Shown here: piece by piece, positions 37,421 through 49,563 of the stretch
How the letters are laid out: every line of letters starts with the position of its first letter
How positions within the stretch are numbered: position 1 is the stretch's first letter
Origin: Girardia tigrina
Taxonomy: Eukaryota
NCBI GenBank assembly: GCA_001938485.1
Contig: MQRK01204239.1
Coordinates: 5,912-63,507, forward strand
DNA: 57,596 nt
Direction: 5' to 3'
Program-made: the position numbers and the translations under genes
The notes under the pieces: model-generated
Databases searched by the model: none
What the model saw: the letters and a program-made list of their open reading frames with translations, nothing else
What the model was told of the DNA's origin: nothing

Positions 37421-40400
37421 ATTACTTATTTCCATTTAATTATATTATAACGAGATATTTTATACTCGACGACATGTATCATTTGTGACTGCAATTCAAA
37501 AATTTTTTTTAAAATTTATTTCGTTAAGTTACCAAATATAACTCAGGGTTCTTCCTCGAAAAGTCACCCTTCCTAATAAGCTAAAATAAGATAAGGATTA
37601 TCAAATTAGAAGCTATTCATTAAAACGGTAAAATAAAGTGAGAACAAAATTATCAAATAATATCATCATGATTCGTTCATTGAAACAAGGTTATTAAAAT
37701 TCGTTAATTTATGATATATAGTTATACTTAGCTTCATTCATGTTCAATTATTCATAATAAACTATTCTGTATATATACTATTTACACGGGCGTTACTGCT
37801 CCTCACGCATCACATTCTTTCAACAGTTCCTCTCCACTTTCTTTCTCATCGTCACAAAACTAATCGACACTTTACTATTGTCAAAGTACCATATAAAGTC
37901 ATGATTGGCGTGAAGCCCAACGGCAGCACTGAAACGTTTCTCTCTACGTAACATAACCTCTCAGCGTTTATAAAATCTTCTCGACAAATAGATTATAATT
38001 AATTAATTAATTAAACAGTTTCAATCATAAGTCGATAACGAACATTAGGAATAAAATATATTAATTGAGACGACACTGAATTATACTTGATTATCAATAA
38101 AAGCAATGAAACGCATCAAAACTTCAATTAATATTCCAAATAAACTTAAATTAAATTATATGACCATATAAACAAAACGAAACAAGAGTTTTATACCTCC
38201 GATAATCCTGGAACTATTCTTTTAAATAAGGCTTCTCAACTGTGCAATTACAACGATAACTGATTGATTCAGAATGTCGTTTCTCGTTAGATTTAGTATC
38301 GTAGACTTTAATGTGCTGAATTTAGCTTGTCGTTATAAATTAATGATCTTGAATTGGTGTATTTTAGTGNNNNNNNNNNNNNNNNNNNNNNNNNNNNNNN
38401 NNNNNNNNNNNNNNNNNNNNNNNNNNNNNNNNNNNNNNNNNNNNNNNNNNNNNNNNNNNNNNNNNNNNNNNNNNNNNNNNNNNNNNNNNNNNNNNNNNNN
38501 NNNNNNNNNNNNNNNNNNNNNNNNNNNNNNNNNNNNNNNNNNNNNNNNNNNNNNNNNNNNNNNNNNNNNNNNNNNNNNNNNNNNNNNNGTAATTATGATT
38601 ACATCATGAATGATTATTTATTTTATTTCAGCTTGCGTCAATCGTCAATCAATGAAATTACAGGATGTCGCTGCCATCGTTCCTGAATGTAGCCGCCAGT
38701 GATTATGGGTGTTTTATGTCATCCAAATAAATCAAGGTTTTTAATTAATTAATTAAAACTTATTATTTTTTTGGACTTTTAGAAGACTCCAAGGGCCCCC
38801 TCACCGGCTGGAACCGAACAAAAGGAACAGGCCGAAACACAGGGACCTTCTTTCACGTCTGACGCTCGGTGTGCCCGAAACAGATTTAAAAATAACGGGG
38901 ATAGTCGAGTTTGACTATCCCCACAACTCTCACTAAAAGTTTTGAGCGTGGGGAAGGGCTTCCTTCGAGTAGTCTCTTCGAGTTGGCATCGTAACACTAC
39001 GATCCGTGCGAAACAAGTTAGATCAACTACTAGCCCAAGGCATAATCAGATAGAGCCCCTTCCTTTTGGTATCCCTCCTAGTGGTTGTTAAAAATTTGAG
39101 GGCAGATAAGACCCTGTGGTGACTATACACTCTTGAATGACGTAACGAAACCCGACTATTGTGTACCACAACATTTCACAGCAAACCATTGAAAAATTCT
39201 ATTTTTATTTTATAATGTAAATTAAATTTTGTAATATAAATTATTTATAATGTATATAAAAAACAAGACAAAAAATGTTTTACTGAATCATTTTAATAAA
39301 AAAAATCGAACTTTATCATTTCTGTCGTACATTAAATCAATTTAATTTCCAAAATAATTTCATGATAAGTTTCATCGGAATTCCATCGACCTCTTTTAAA
39401 AACAAAAATCCGAAAAACTCTTCGTTTACCGTTCCCACTCGTTATAGATCGTTTCTTCACAAAAAAATCAAGCGACAAGCACGTTAAATAATCGACAGTC
39501 GGAAACGTAAATTGTCCGACGAAGAAACCGTATCGAAATCACGTAAAGCGGTCTCGAATTCGTTGAATTTGCGCGAAGAAATCCGATCGACAAAGTCATG
39601 CAAGTATTCATACAATTCTTCGATTTCTTCGTCTGCTGTCCCTTGCTCGAATAAAGCGATCGTAAATTCCAATCGTGTGATGAAAGCGTAATTGTCACCA
39701 CCGAAAATCCACGTGAAGTTGTCGAAGACGATCGATAAAGAATCGATATTGTGCGATAAACAGCTTCCATTGAATCCGTTATTGGTTCGAAGAGACCGAG
39801 CGATAGTTCTTGTCAATCGAACCGAAGAAAATCGTCACCGCAAGATTTTGGTCAGCACTGGTCGGGAGCGCCGCAGACGCACCACGAGCAGAACGGTCGA
39901 CCCGGCGACCAGTCAAACCGACTTTTATATCGGTTGTTATTACCACCGGAACGGCTCAGATCGAGTCGATACATATATTTAGATTTATAATTAACACCGA
40001 CAAATATCAACTGCCAAGAATAGCAGATATGCTGGATAAAAATCAAATAAATCATGTTTTTCAACTTAAGACCTAAAAGACGTTTTCCATCAAATCACGA
40101 TTCGTCCGGATGATGTGTAGAAAACGGAATCAAAGACCGTTCGTTCTGTTCAAATATCATACTATGCCCCTGGATTACTGGACACCGCTCAAATGTTCCA
40201 ACCCAACATGGACTCTCTCCTGCAAGGTTTCAAATCGTTTGTCGCATCACACATCGATGATATTATGATCTTCTCAGACTTGTCAGTAGAACAGAAACAA
40301 TATCTATCAACAATTCTCCGCGTTTTGAAAAAGTCTTTCTGCAAATCAACAATCTAAAATGCATTTTACGTTAAATTAGGTTCAATTTTTTTGGATATCT

Positions 40401-41270
40401 TATCCCAAACATCGATATACAAACTATCCCACTAAGAATAGATTAAACCACTATCATAAAATAGCCCGACGATACGAAATCACTTCGGTAGTTTATTAGA
40501 GCGGCTCCAATTTATCAGTGGATGATACCAAAATTCTTTCAGACAGTGGCTCCCTTGCCCGATCTCTTGACACCAGCAAAAAATTAACAATAGAATCCAG
40601 CTCAATGAGACCCAGAAATATCATCAAGATGAATCCATAATGTAATATATTAATTTTAGTTAATGCATTGTGACGTGATTGTTTCCTTTACGGATTATCG
40701 ACCTGAGGTGTGTGTGTGTCAATTTGTTAGATTTTGTTTTTTTTGTATAGTTAAGAACACGGACATGTCAATCTTAGACAAATTATATATAAGTATGAGA
40801 AACAAACGGTACAGTGAATTTAAAGTAATAGATAAAAGAAATTCGATCCTGCAATTACTTTCAGAAAATATTATAGAAATATTAATATCAGAAAATATTA
40901 TATTATGAAATTTTAAGAGTCAAACATTTTTTTTTATAATAAAAGACATATTTTATTTTTTTTCGTCAATCCGAATGAAGATTTAAGGATAAAGTAACAG
41001 TAACCGAAACAGTATGTTATTATGTATTCAATGAGCAAATACAAATTTTCGATTAATTTTAATATGAATTAAATAATGCAGAAAGTTAAAATTTCATATA
41101 ACAAAATTCTGTCGACAGAAATAAAACGAAATTGTAAAATAAAAATGAATTTAAATAAAAAGAATCAATGATCGCTAAGCGATCAGTTTTAAAAAAGAAA
41201 TTAATAGATATATTAATAAGGCAAAATTTTCATCGGCTGAATCATAGCGATATTTTTTTGGAACATTATT

Positions 41271-41510
41271 GCGAAGCGTTTTTATATCTCAATATTTAGT
41301 ACGTTCAAGAGAATTTCCAAATCTATTCCAGAAGAATATAAAATTGGACAGAATAATTCTTAACTAATTTACGTTCAAGAGAATTTACGAATCAATTCCA
41401 TGAGAATATAAAATTGGACAGAATAATTCCTGACTAATTGTCGAATTATTATTTTCTGTGAAGCATTTTTTTATATCCCAACATAGCGTACGCTCAAGAG
41501 AATTTCAAAT
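41271..41510. repeat. 70-bp tandem repeat within a ~1-kb insertion (40641-41664) between RT and RNase H
   Basis: ACGTTCAAGAGAATTT..GAATATAAAATTGGACAGAATAATTC at 41301 and 41371, with a partial third copy at 41490. Confidence 0.8.
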
Positions 41511-43000
41511 ATTTCAAATTTCAGTTTTCGACTAAAATATTGTATTTTATTGTACAAAAAAGTTGTAAGTTGAATTTTTATTTAGTGTATTCTTATAATT
41601 ATAATTAAATCCCATCTTTAACTTTATTTTTATTTATTATAGTAAAAAAATTAACTATAATACATAGTAACGGAAACAAAGAACTTATCTTGTGCACGGA
41701 TGTCTCTGAAACAGTAGTTGGGGCTAGTTTGAACCACAAGATCAACCAAAAATTGTCTCCGGTCGCATCCTTTTCCAGAAAACTAGGATAAACCGAAAAG
41801 AAGTACTCAATATTCTACTGCGAACAACCTACAATATATTTAGTCATCAAGAAATTTCAGAACTATCTGGAAGGATCACATGTTCGAATATAGACCGACC
41901 TCGAGTAATTACTTGGGATCAAGTCCAGCCGACAATGGCGGTACATTGAATTTCTAAATCAATTCCTTTTCAGATTAGAATAAATTAAAGGGATCAAGAA
42001 CGTGGTAGCCGACTTTCTGTGTTGGGTCGGTGACAATGCTATGAATGAAACAGCGATTTTGACAATAACTGAGGCCGGGATCATCAACGGACAGAACAAG
42101 GAAAAGAAGTAAATCCACAACAACAACAGTTTCAAAACCAAAAGCTCCTCTTTTCTTTACCTAAAAATATCCTCTTTGACTTCATAACTCCAGCAAACGA
42201 ATTATACTTCAACAATCCTCCGTTATCCATAATTCCAAAGATTCCATGGGTTTGCATTCACAGGTTCTAAATAAACCATTGAAACGTTTGAAGGAATACC
42301 ATCTAAGAATATTTTGAGACACGCTAATTCAAAAAATCGGTTCATTTCCGAATATGGGCCGACTCAAGGTCATGCACATAGATATTGTTGGTCCATTGCA
42401 ACCTTCAGATGGTAAGAAATTTATGATAACCTTCATCAACAGGTAAACTTTGTGGTCGGAAGTCTTACCCGTACACGACATCACTACATCATCAATTACC
42501 AGAGCCCACACGAGCACTTGGATCAGTCAGTTTGAAGGGAGGTAGTTCATATCGACTCATTTTAATGAACTATGCAAACATTGGGGCATAGAAAGCCGCA
42601 CAACAACTGCGTATCATCTTCAGTGTAACTGAAAAGTCGAGAGATGTTCATTAAAAAGAACACTCTTCGAAAACATTCTGAAAATACAGAACATGGGCTC
42701 ATGACTTACCGATTATAATGTTGTCACTACGAAATTCAAGAATCAGCAGTACAAAACCTTCCCCAGCCCAACTGTTATATGAAACCTCTACCAATTTGCC
42801 GGTGACATGATACTCGATGAAGACAAAAATTATGCATATAGCTGGGAGGGTGTCGAAACAGCTGTTAAAGCACATGAATCTCAGTTAATACTCAGAAAAA
42901 CAACGAGACAGATTTTCATACCGAAACCACTGAAGGACTACGAGTAACTGTGAGTACGAAGCGAAATCCCATCTACTTTCTAATCAAGATACGATGAACC

Positions 43001-43801
43001 GTTATCACGACAAAAGCGCCCCGACAAAAGCACCCACCGATATAAGCGCTCTGACAAATTCGTCCACTTGAAATTTTTGTTTAAATTCTTAGCAGAACTA
43101 ATTCTTAAATGAATTAATTTTGAGTCAAAAAAACTTTTTAACAAGAAAAATATTTTAATAATAGTACCAATGTTTCCATTAAACGTTTGGAATACGTTTG
43201 ATAGAGTTAATGATGATTTGCCGCGTACAAATAATTCAGTTTAAGGTTGACATAGAGGCTTTCAACTAACCATCCCTTAATTTTTAAAATAGTGGAAGAT
43301 TTTAAAAAAGAACAAAATCAAATGGAAATAGAATATGAACATTTTCAAGCTGGATTTTGACGACCAGAAGCTTTGAAAAACAAATATGTAAGCCTAAACA
43401 AACTGATAAAAATATTAACAGAATAATATAATCAAGATGATATTATAAATTATGCTAAACGATTGTCATATAATTTGGAAATATAATATAATATGTTATT
43501 TTATTATTTTGTCATTTTATTACTTTTATTTTTAACATTTTGTTGCTATTTTTATTGTTACAATTTAGCAAGTCGTTGGGCGCTATTATTTACGCTATCA
43601 TTATATTGTTTAAATCCTAAATAATAAGTTTTACAAAAATTTTTTTATAAAAATTCAACAAGTCGTATAATACTTGAGATTCAAACAATATAATAATAGT
43701 AGAAATAATGATACTTTCTGTTAAGAATTTAAACAAAATTTTCAAAAAGGGGGCGCTTTTGTCAGGGTGCTTTTGTCGGTGGAGGTCTTCATCGGGTCAC
43801 C
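43001..43801 (+). mobile_element. Non-autonomous Mutator-like element (MULE)
   Basis: Perfect 9-bp TSD CGATGAACC (42992-43000, 43802-43810). Termini are built of GACAAAAGCGCC repeats in inverted orientation. Internal MFPLNVWNTFDRVNDDLPRTNNSV*G*HRGF is the MULE C-terminal motif. Confidence 0.9.
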
Positions 43802-44389
43802 CGATGAACCATATCATCTCACCAACAGTTCCTGTGATATAAGGACTCTACTCATCAACGTTAATGATGTGCAAAAGAGGGTATCGATAGACCGATTTAA
43901 ACCAACTTTCATTTTGAAAGATACAGAATACTCCGCGGGGCTTATGTAAAGTAACACTTAAAATTTAGAGTCAAATATGGAGTCACTAGAAAGAGGTTTT
44001 AAAGTTGAATATGAAAGAGATGTACATAACCAAAAAAATCATTCCTCCGAATAACTCCGTATTTGTTTTTAAATTTCGAGTTAAGTAATTTTACATAATC
44101 GGATAAATTACTTTATATTCCCAAACACAGATGCCCATTTTTTACAATATAAAACCTATCGTAACTGAGAAGTCGCATTTGTTACCCATTGTAATATTAT
44201 TCTACTTTTGAATTTATTAAATAGTTTTAACGATAATTATATCAAGAGTCAAATTGTAGATGAATTTTATTAGCACTACATTAAGTAGCTAGTTTTATAT
44301 ATACATAGGTTATTCTCATGTGAAATGAGACTATTTTTAAAAAATAAAAATAAAATGACACATTCGATTAAAAATCATACGTAATAAAA

Positions 44390-45878
44390 TTAAGCTTCGG
44401 CTGCCTGGATTTCATCGTCGACTGTCGCGTCTTGGAACTGCTGATATTCACTGATCAAATCGTTGAGATTCGATTCGGCCTCTGTGAACTCCATTTCGTC
44501 CATTCCTTCTCCGGTGTACCAATGCAAGAAAGCACGTCTTCTGAACATCGCCGAAAACTGTTCACAAACCCGCTTGAATATCTCCTGAATCGCCGTATTG
44601 TTTCCGATAAACGTCACCGACATTTTCAATCCTCTCGGTGGAATATCACACACTGCCGTTTTCACATTATTCGGAATCCATTCCACGAAATAGGCACTAT
44701 TCTTGTTCTGGACATTCAACATCTGCTCGTCGACTTCTTTCATCGACATTCGACCGCGAAACATCGCCGCCACTGTCAGATACTTGCCGTGTCTTGGATC
44801 GCACGCCGCCATCATATTCTTGCAATCGAACATCTGCTGGGTCAAATCCTGGACCGAATAACATCGATAGGGTTGCGAGTGACGACTGGTTAACGGAGAG
44901 AATCCGGGCATGAAGAAGTGAAGTCGCGGAAATGGTATCATATTTGTTGCTAATTTTCTTAAATCGGCATTCAGTTGACCAGGAAATCGCAAGCAGGTCG
45001 TAACTCCGGACATCGTAGCACTTACCAAGTGATTCAGGTCTCCGTAAGTCGGACTCGTCAATTTCAGAGTTCTATTGCAAATGTCATACAGCGCCTCATT
45101 ATCGATACAATACGTCTCGTCACAATTCTCCACCAACTGATGAATCGACAGCGTAGCGTTATAAGGCTCAACAACAACGTCCGATACTTTCGGCGACGGA
45201 ACACACGAAAAACTACAAACAATTCTGTCGGGAAATTCCTCTCTGATTTTACTAATCAACAGTGTCCCCATTCCGGCCCCTGTTCCCCCACCGAGTGCAT
45301 GAATTATTTGAAACCCTTGTAAGCACTCACAATTTTCTGATTCCTTTCTCACGACTTCTATGACGTTATCAATCAATTCTGCTCCGTCTGTGTAGTGCCC
45401 TTTCGCCCAATTGTTTCCCGCTCCAGTGCTTCCGAAAATGAAATTATCCGGTCGAAATAAATTTCCTACTACGCCGCATCGTAATGAGTCCATTGTTCCC
45501 GGTTCCAGGTCCGTTAGAATGGCCCGTGGGACGAATTTACCGCCTTAATAACAATCCAAAAAAAGTTAACTTCAATTAAAAATATTTTTTTATTAACCAG
45601 TGGCCTCGTTATAGTAGACACAGATTCTCTCCAACTGTAAGTCACTGTCGCCTTTATAGAATCCATCTACACTGATGCCGTGCTCATCGGATATGACTTC
45701 CCAGAACTAAATATCGTTTATATAAATTATATCTTTATATATGTATATTTTTTATATATTTATTATCAGTTATGATCGGTTTTATCCATTTTTTAAAGAG
45801 TATCTTGCCGATTTCGTTTACCTTTCCTCCCATTTGATTGCCGCATTGGCCTACTTGAATGTGGACGATCTCTCGCAT
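44390..45878 (-). CDS. TUBB: Beta-tubulin, 439 aa; exons 45878-45822, 45706-45598, 45543-44390
   Basis: [15 protein letters not shown] start; 57-bp and 109-bp first exons with GT-AG introns; total 1320 nt in frame. Motifs [40 protein letters not shown] and [22 protein letters not shown]. Confidence 0.97.
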
Positions 45879-46303
45879 ATTTCTGTTGGATTTAAATTTC
45901 TATAGTAATGCAAGGCAGGCAATCGAATTTATCGATGGATTTAATCAATATTCATAAATACAAAATAAATAAAAAATGAATAGAATAATTAATTAAACGT
46001 TTGAAATATATAAAGATTGTAGTTTGATTGTCGTTGCTTTTTCTTTGAATTCTGTGAATTTTCTGATTTACTTGCTTATTTGCAATAAGATTATAAGTAG
46101 TTTATATTAATTTTTAATGTGTTTTTTTAATTAAAATTATTAAATTTAAAATTTTTAAAATTTTAAAATTTTGTTTGCAAAGTAGAGTTTTGTCTACATA
46201 AAGAATGCATATAAAAATTAAATTTTTTGATTTACTAGTTTCTGGTGTACGTAAGTTCTTTTTACTGCAATTGGTAAATTTTGCTGAGATTTTTCTATTA
46301 TAT

Positions 46304-46751
46304 CAGCGGTTCTCAAACTTTTTCAGACCTTTACAAGCCATAAAATATTAACATACACTCGATGTCACCTGATTTGTCTGACCAAAATTATATTGCCATA
46401 GCTACAATTATAAAGTGTAAACTTCTTTCACAGAAATCAACCTTATAAAAATAAATCATTCTTTGTAATCAAATCATAATACCATTAACTATTGACAAAA
46501 ATTAATGCAGTGCCTGACGACAGACACAGGACTAAAACCTATTTAGTAAAAAGCAAGCAATGAAAATATAATTACAATTAGAATTTTTAGTAGTTAATTA
46601 TTATTATACTCGTATGCAATGTAAATTACATTACACACGTGCATAGTGACGACGACCTCTAGAAAAGTAGGCAATATTCTTTTCGGTACAATTTTCATCT
46701 TTCTGAGCACCCTCTACGGTCGTCTCGCGTACCACAGTTTAAGATCTCCTA
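46304..46751. mobile_element. hAT/Charlie-like MITE (degenerate)
   Basis: Left end CAGCGGTTCTCAAACT; right end CGCGTACCACAGTTTAAGATCTCCTA; flanks TATTATAT / TATGAAAT (6/8). Confidence 0.6.
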
Positions 46752-46899
46752 TATGAAATCTTTGTTAATGTTATAAAAACTGTGGAATAATTATCTAAAC
46801 ATGAATTTATTTTAATATGTAATTTGTTTAAATATTCTGAATTGTAAATTATAATTTAAATATGTATGTTTTCATTTAGTTATTCGCTTATTACAACAG

Positions 46900-48560
46900 T
46901 TACGTCATGACCAGGATTCAATCCGACATAGGGGATCACCAGTCAAAATTAATGGAAATTGTTTTGATCAAAATCATGAAAAAGAACTCAGCAAAAACAC
47001 CGACAGACCAACACAACGACGAGCCGGCCGGTATCTGCTGCACTCAACCGGTGCACAACTACTGCCTGATCGCTGCCTCGAGCTCTTCGGGTACTAACTT
47101 CCCGCATATTAAAGGGATACCGATTGCCACAGTTGAATCCGGTGGCCGGTACCTCACACAGGCTGAATTTTTCATTGAATATTTAGAGGAAGATGTCCAA
47201 TGTTTTGTGAAATTGCAGTGGAATTATAGCCAAAATCAACAAAATTTTGAATGTCTCAAAGAAATAAATTTGAAATTATACGGTCAAAAAATTCAAATAT
47301 CTCATCGCGGATAAAATTATTCGGAATTCGTCAGAAGGATGATCAATCAACAAAATAATCCATGAAAGAAGTAAAAATTCATTCTTAATTTCCGAAGAAA
47401 GAGAGCCAAGAACTCTACAAGTTTCTTATAAATAACTTGATGAATGATAGAGCTCAAAAGGCTCTAAAAGTGTTGCAGCCTAAAATATTGGATGAAGCAT
47501 TCAAGATAATAAAAAATGAATGTGTAACTCAGGATATTTCGGTAACAATAAATGTGATGACCGAGAATGATGGTATTCACATGCTCAGGGATTAACTTTT
47601 AGAACGGAAGAAACATTAACTCATTGCATGAAATGATGAAAATTATGCAACAAGAAAGACTATGGATAGGCGATAACAGAAGAAGAAATCCTGTCAAAGA
47701 AATAAGTGGATACTGGAAGTATGGCAGCAGCAGTCACGTTTTGAGGGACTGTAAAAGTCTCGATTCTGTAAAAAAATACACAACAAAGGGGATTTAGACA
47801 AGTTTGATCAAAACGCAAACCGTAAATTAGTCCACGTGGTCGAGTTTGCAGGAATATTCAGTAATTAAAGTGAAACAGACACGGCAGAAACGAGCGTTTG
47901 TCATATTTTAAATGCAAAGAAGTCGTACACCAAAGCAGTAAAAGAAAAAGTTACGAAACAAAAGTAATAGATACATCTTCGAATGACGAAGAGTAGTTAC
48001 AAATTAAAAGATTGGAACAAACTAATTTTGAGACACACTAAATCAAAAATCTGGATCACCAGTCAAAATTAGTGGAAGTTGTTTTGATCAAAATCACGAA
48101 AAAGAACTCAGCAAAAACACCGACAGACCAACACACAACGACGAGCCGGCCGGTATCTGCTGCACTTTTTTCTGCTGCACATATTTACTAAACTGGTCTA
48201 TAATTGCTAAGATGTATTGCTTGCCCGAAAACGATTTTTTTAAAGGTCCGCAAAAATGAATATTTCTCCAAAAGGTTCCTCTGCGAATTGTTTTATGATC
48301 GGTTCCTTCGTCTTTCCGGTCCATGTTTTCCGTCTCTGACATACTTCATCATGATCCGTCGTTGGGTGGTCTTTGTATCTCCCACCATTGTCTTGACTAA
48401 GGTTTATGTTGCCATATCTCTGTTTGAAGTATCCCTGTCGATCGTCAAAAGATTTTCTATTTAACCAGCATTGATATTTGAAATGTCCACTTTTGTTACA
48501 CTTGTTGCATCTTATGCTCGGTCATTCTGCGCGAATGTGGCCTTAACTGCATGCTCAGCA
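46900..48560. mobile_element. Rearranged Gypsy relics: gag-like (+) between two ~112-bp direct repeats, then an integrase fragment (-)
   Basis: Direct repeats at 46933-47044 and 48053-48166. ORF 48094..48342(-) IHFCGPLKKSFSGKQYILAIIDQFSKYV is an rve integrase core. Confidence 0.7.
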
Positions 48561-49521
48561 TCTGTTGGGTATTAGAAATCTTTAATTTTAAATATTTACT
48601 TTTTTAAACATAAATCTTTATTCTTTAAACTTTAATCTTTAATCTGTAATCTGTAATCTTTAATCTGAAATCTTTAATCTGACTCCAATTAATCAGAAAG
48701 GACTTCCAACATAAATATATAAATGAATGAACACAAAATTCTTTTTCAAAACTTTATTTTCCAATAACACAAAATTGCACACAGCTTATATTGTTCAATT
48801 CAATAATATCAATAGACGTATTCACAAACGGATATACGATGCGAGTTTATCAGATCACAGTTTGTTAATTTTTGTTAATTTTTTTCTCTAAATCTTCTAA
48901 ACGAACGATAACCGTTAAACCCTTAAAGTCAAATGAACTTTCTTCTTCTATACAGGATACTTAGTTCGACTTCAACTTCAAGAAAAGAAATAAAAATAAA
49001 GAATTTAAATAAATTTACTCTACACGGATTCTTCTTAAAAATTTGTTGCAGGAAATTATTGGTGTCCATTATGACTGAATTCGTTGTTGTTTATATACTA
49101 GTTTTTTCTAACCTTGAAAATTGATCAAATAAAACAAAGACTAAAATATTTTTAATTTTCGATTCCAAATTTTGATAAACTAAATATTATTTTGTTTGAA
49201 ATTAATAATTTTATCAAAAGAATTATTTAAAATTTTTTCTACATAAAATTTCGTCAAAAGTGTTTATATGTATCTTTCGAAACCCTAACACATTTGCGAA
49301 CTTTAACTGGACCAGAATTTCGTTCATAATTTGGAAATCTTCTAAAATGAGGAAATTGGATTACGTTACTCGCCCTCTGCATCGTCTGCCGCCTGAAATC
49401 AGTCTCTTGTCTCGGTTTTCTTGCACAAGCGGGATTTTTTTTCGTTACCTTTTAAAGTAAATATATCTGTTAAAATTGTATTATTAAAACAATTCAATAT
49501 TCATATACTAAACATCCGAAA

Positions 49522-49563
49522 ATTGCTGATGATGATGTATGTAAACATCGAAACATGTCCAAT
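49522..49563 (+). ncRNA. Minimal type-I hammerhead ribozyme (Penelope-like element type)
   Basis: Stem I ATTG/CAAT; core CTGATGA (49526-49532)+T; stem II GATGT/ACATC with 6-nt loop; GAAAC-AT-GTC (minimal palindromic stem III ACATGT). Predicted cleavage after GUC at 49559. Confidence 0.8.

Larger units (their letters stand above)
39990..43950 (+). mobile_element. Fossil Gypsy/Ty3 pol (RT, RNase H, integrase) with nested insertions
   Basis: TDKYQLPRIADML..FHQI..HIDDIMIFS (RT, ~39995-40280); TDVSETVVGA..SFSRKL..EKKYS..NVVADFL (RNase H, ~41695-42020); HIDIVGPL..RTTAYHLQCN*KVER (integrase, ~42375-42645); RYDEP|Y and VSIDRFKP (GPY/F region). A purine-rich tract is followed by TGTAAAG at ~43945. 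Confidence 0.85.

Noticed and set aside
45100-45125. Tyr200 in beta-tubulin as a benzimidazole-resistance allele
   Set aside because: Y200 is the common state in many animal beta-tubulins, so it is not informative alone.
44432-45322. Plus-strand ORFs overlapping beta-tubulin
   Set aside because: Antisense shadows of a GC-richer coding sequence.
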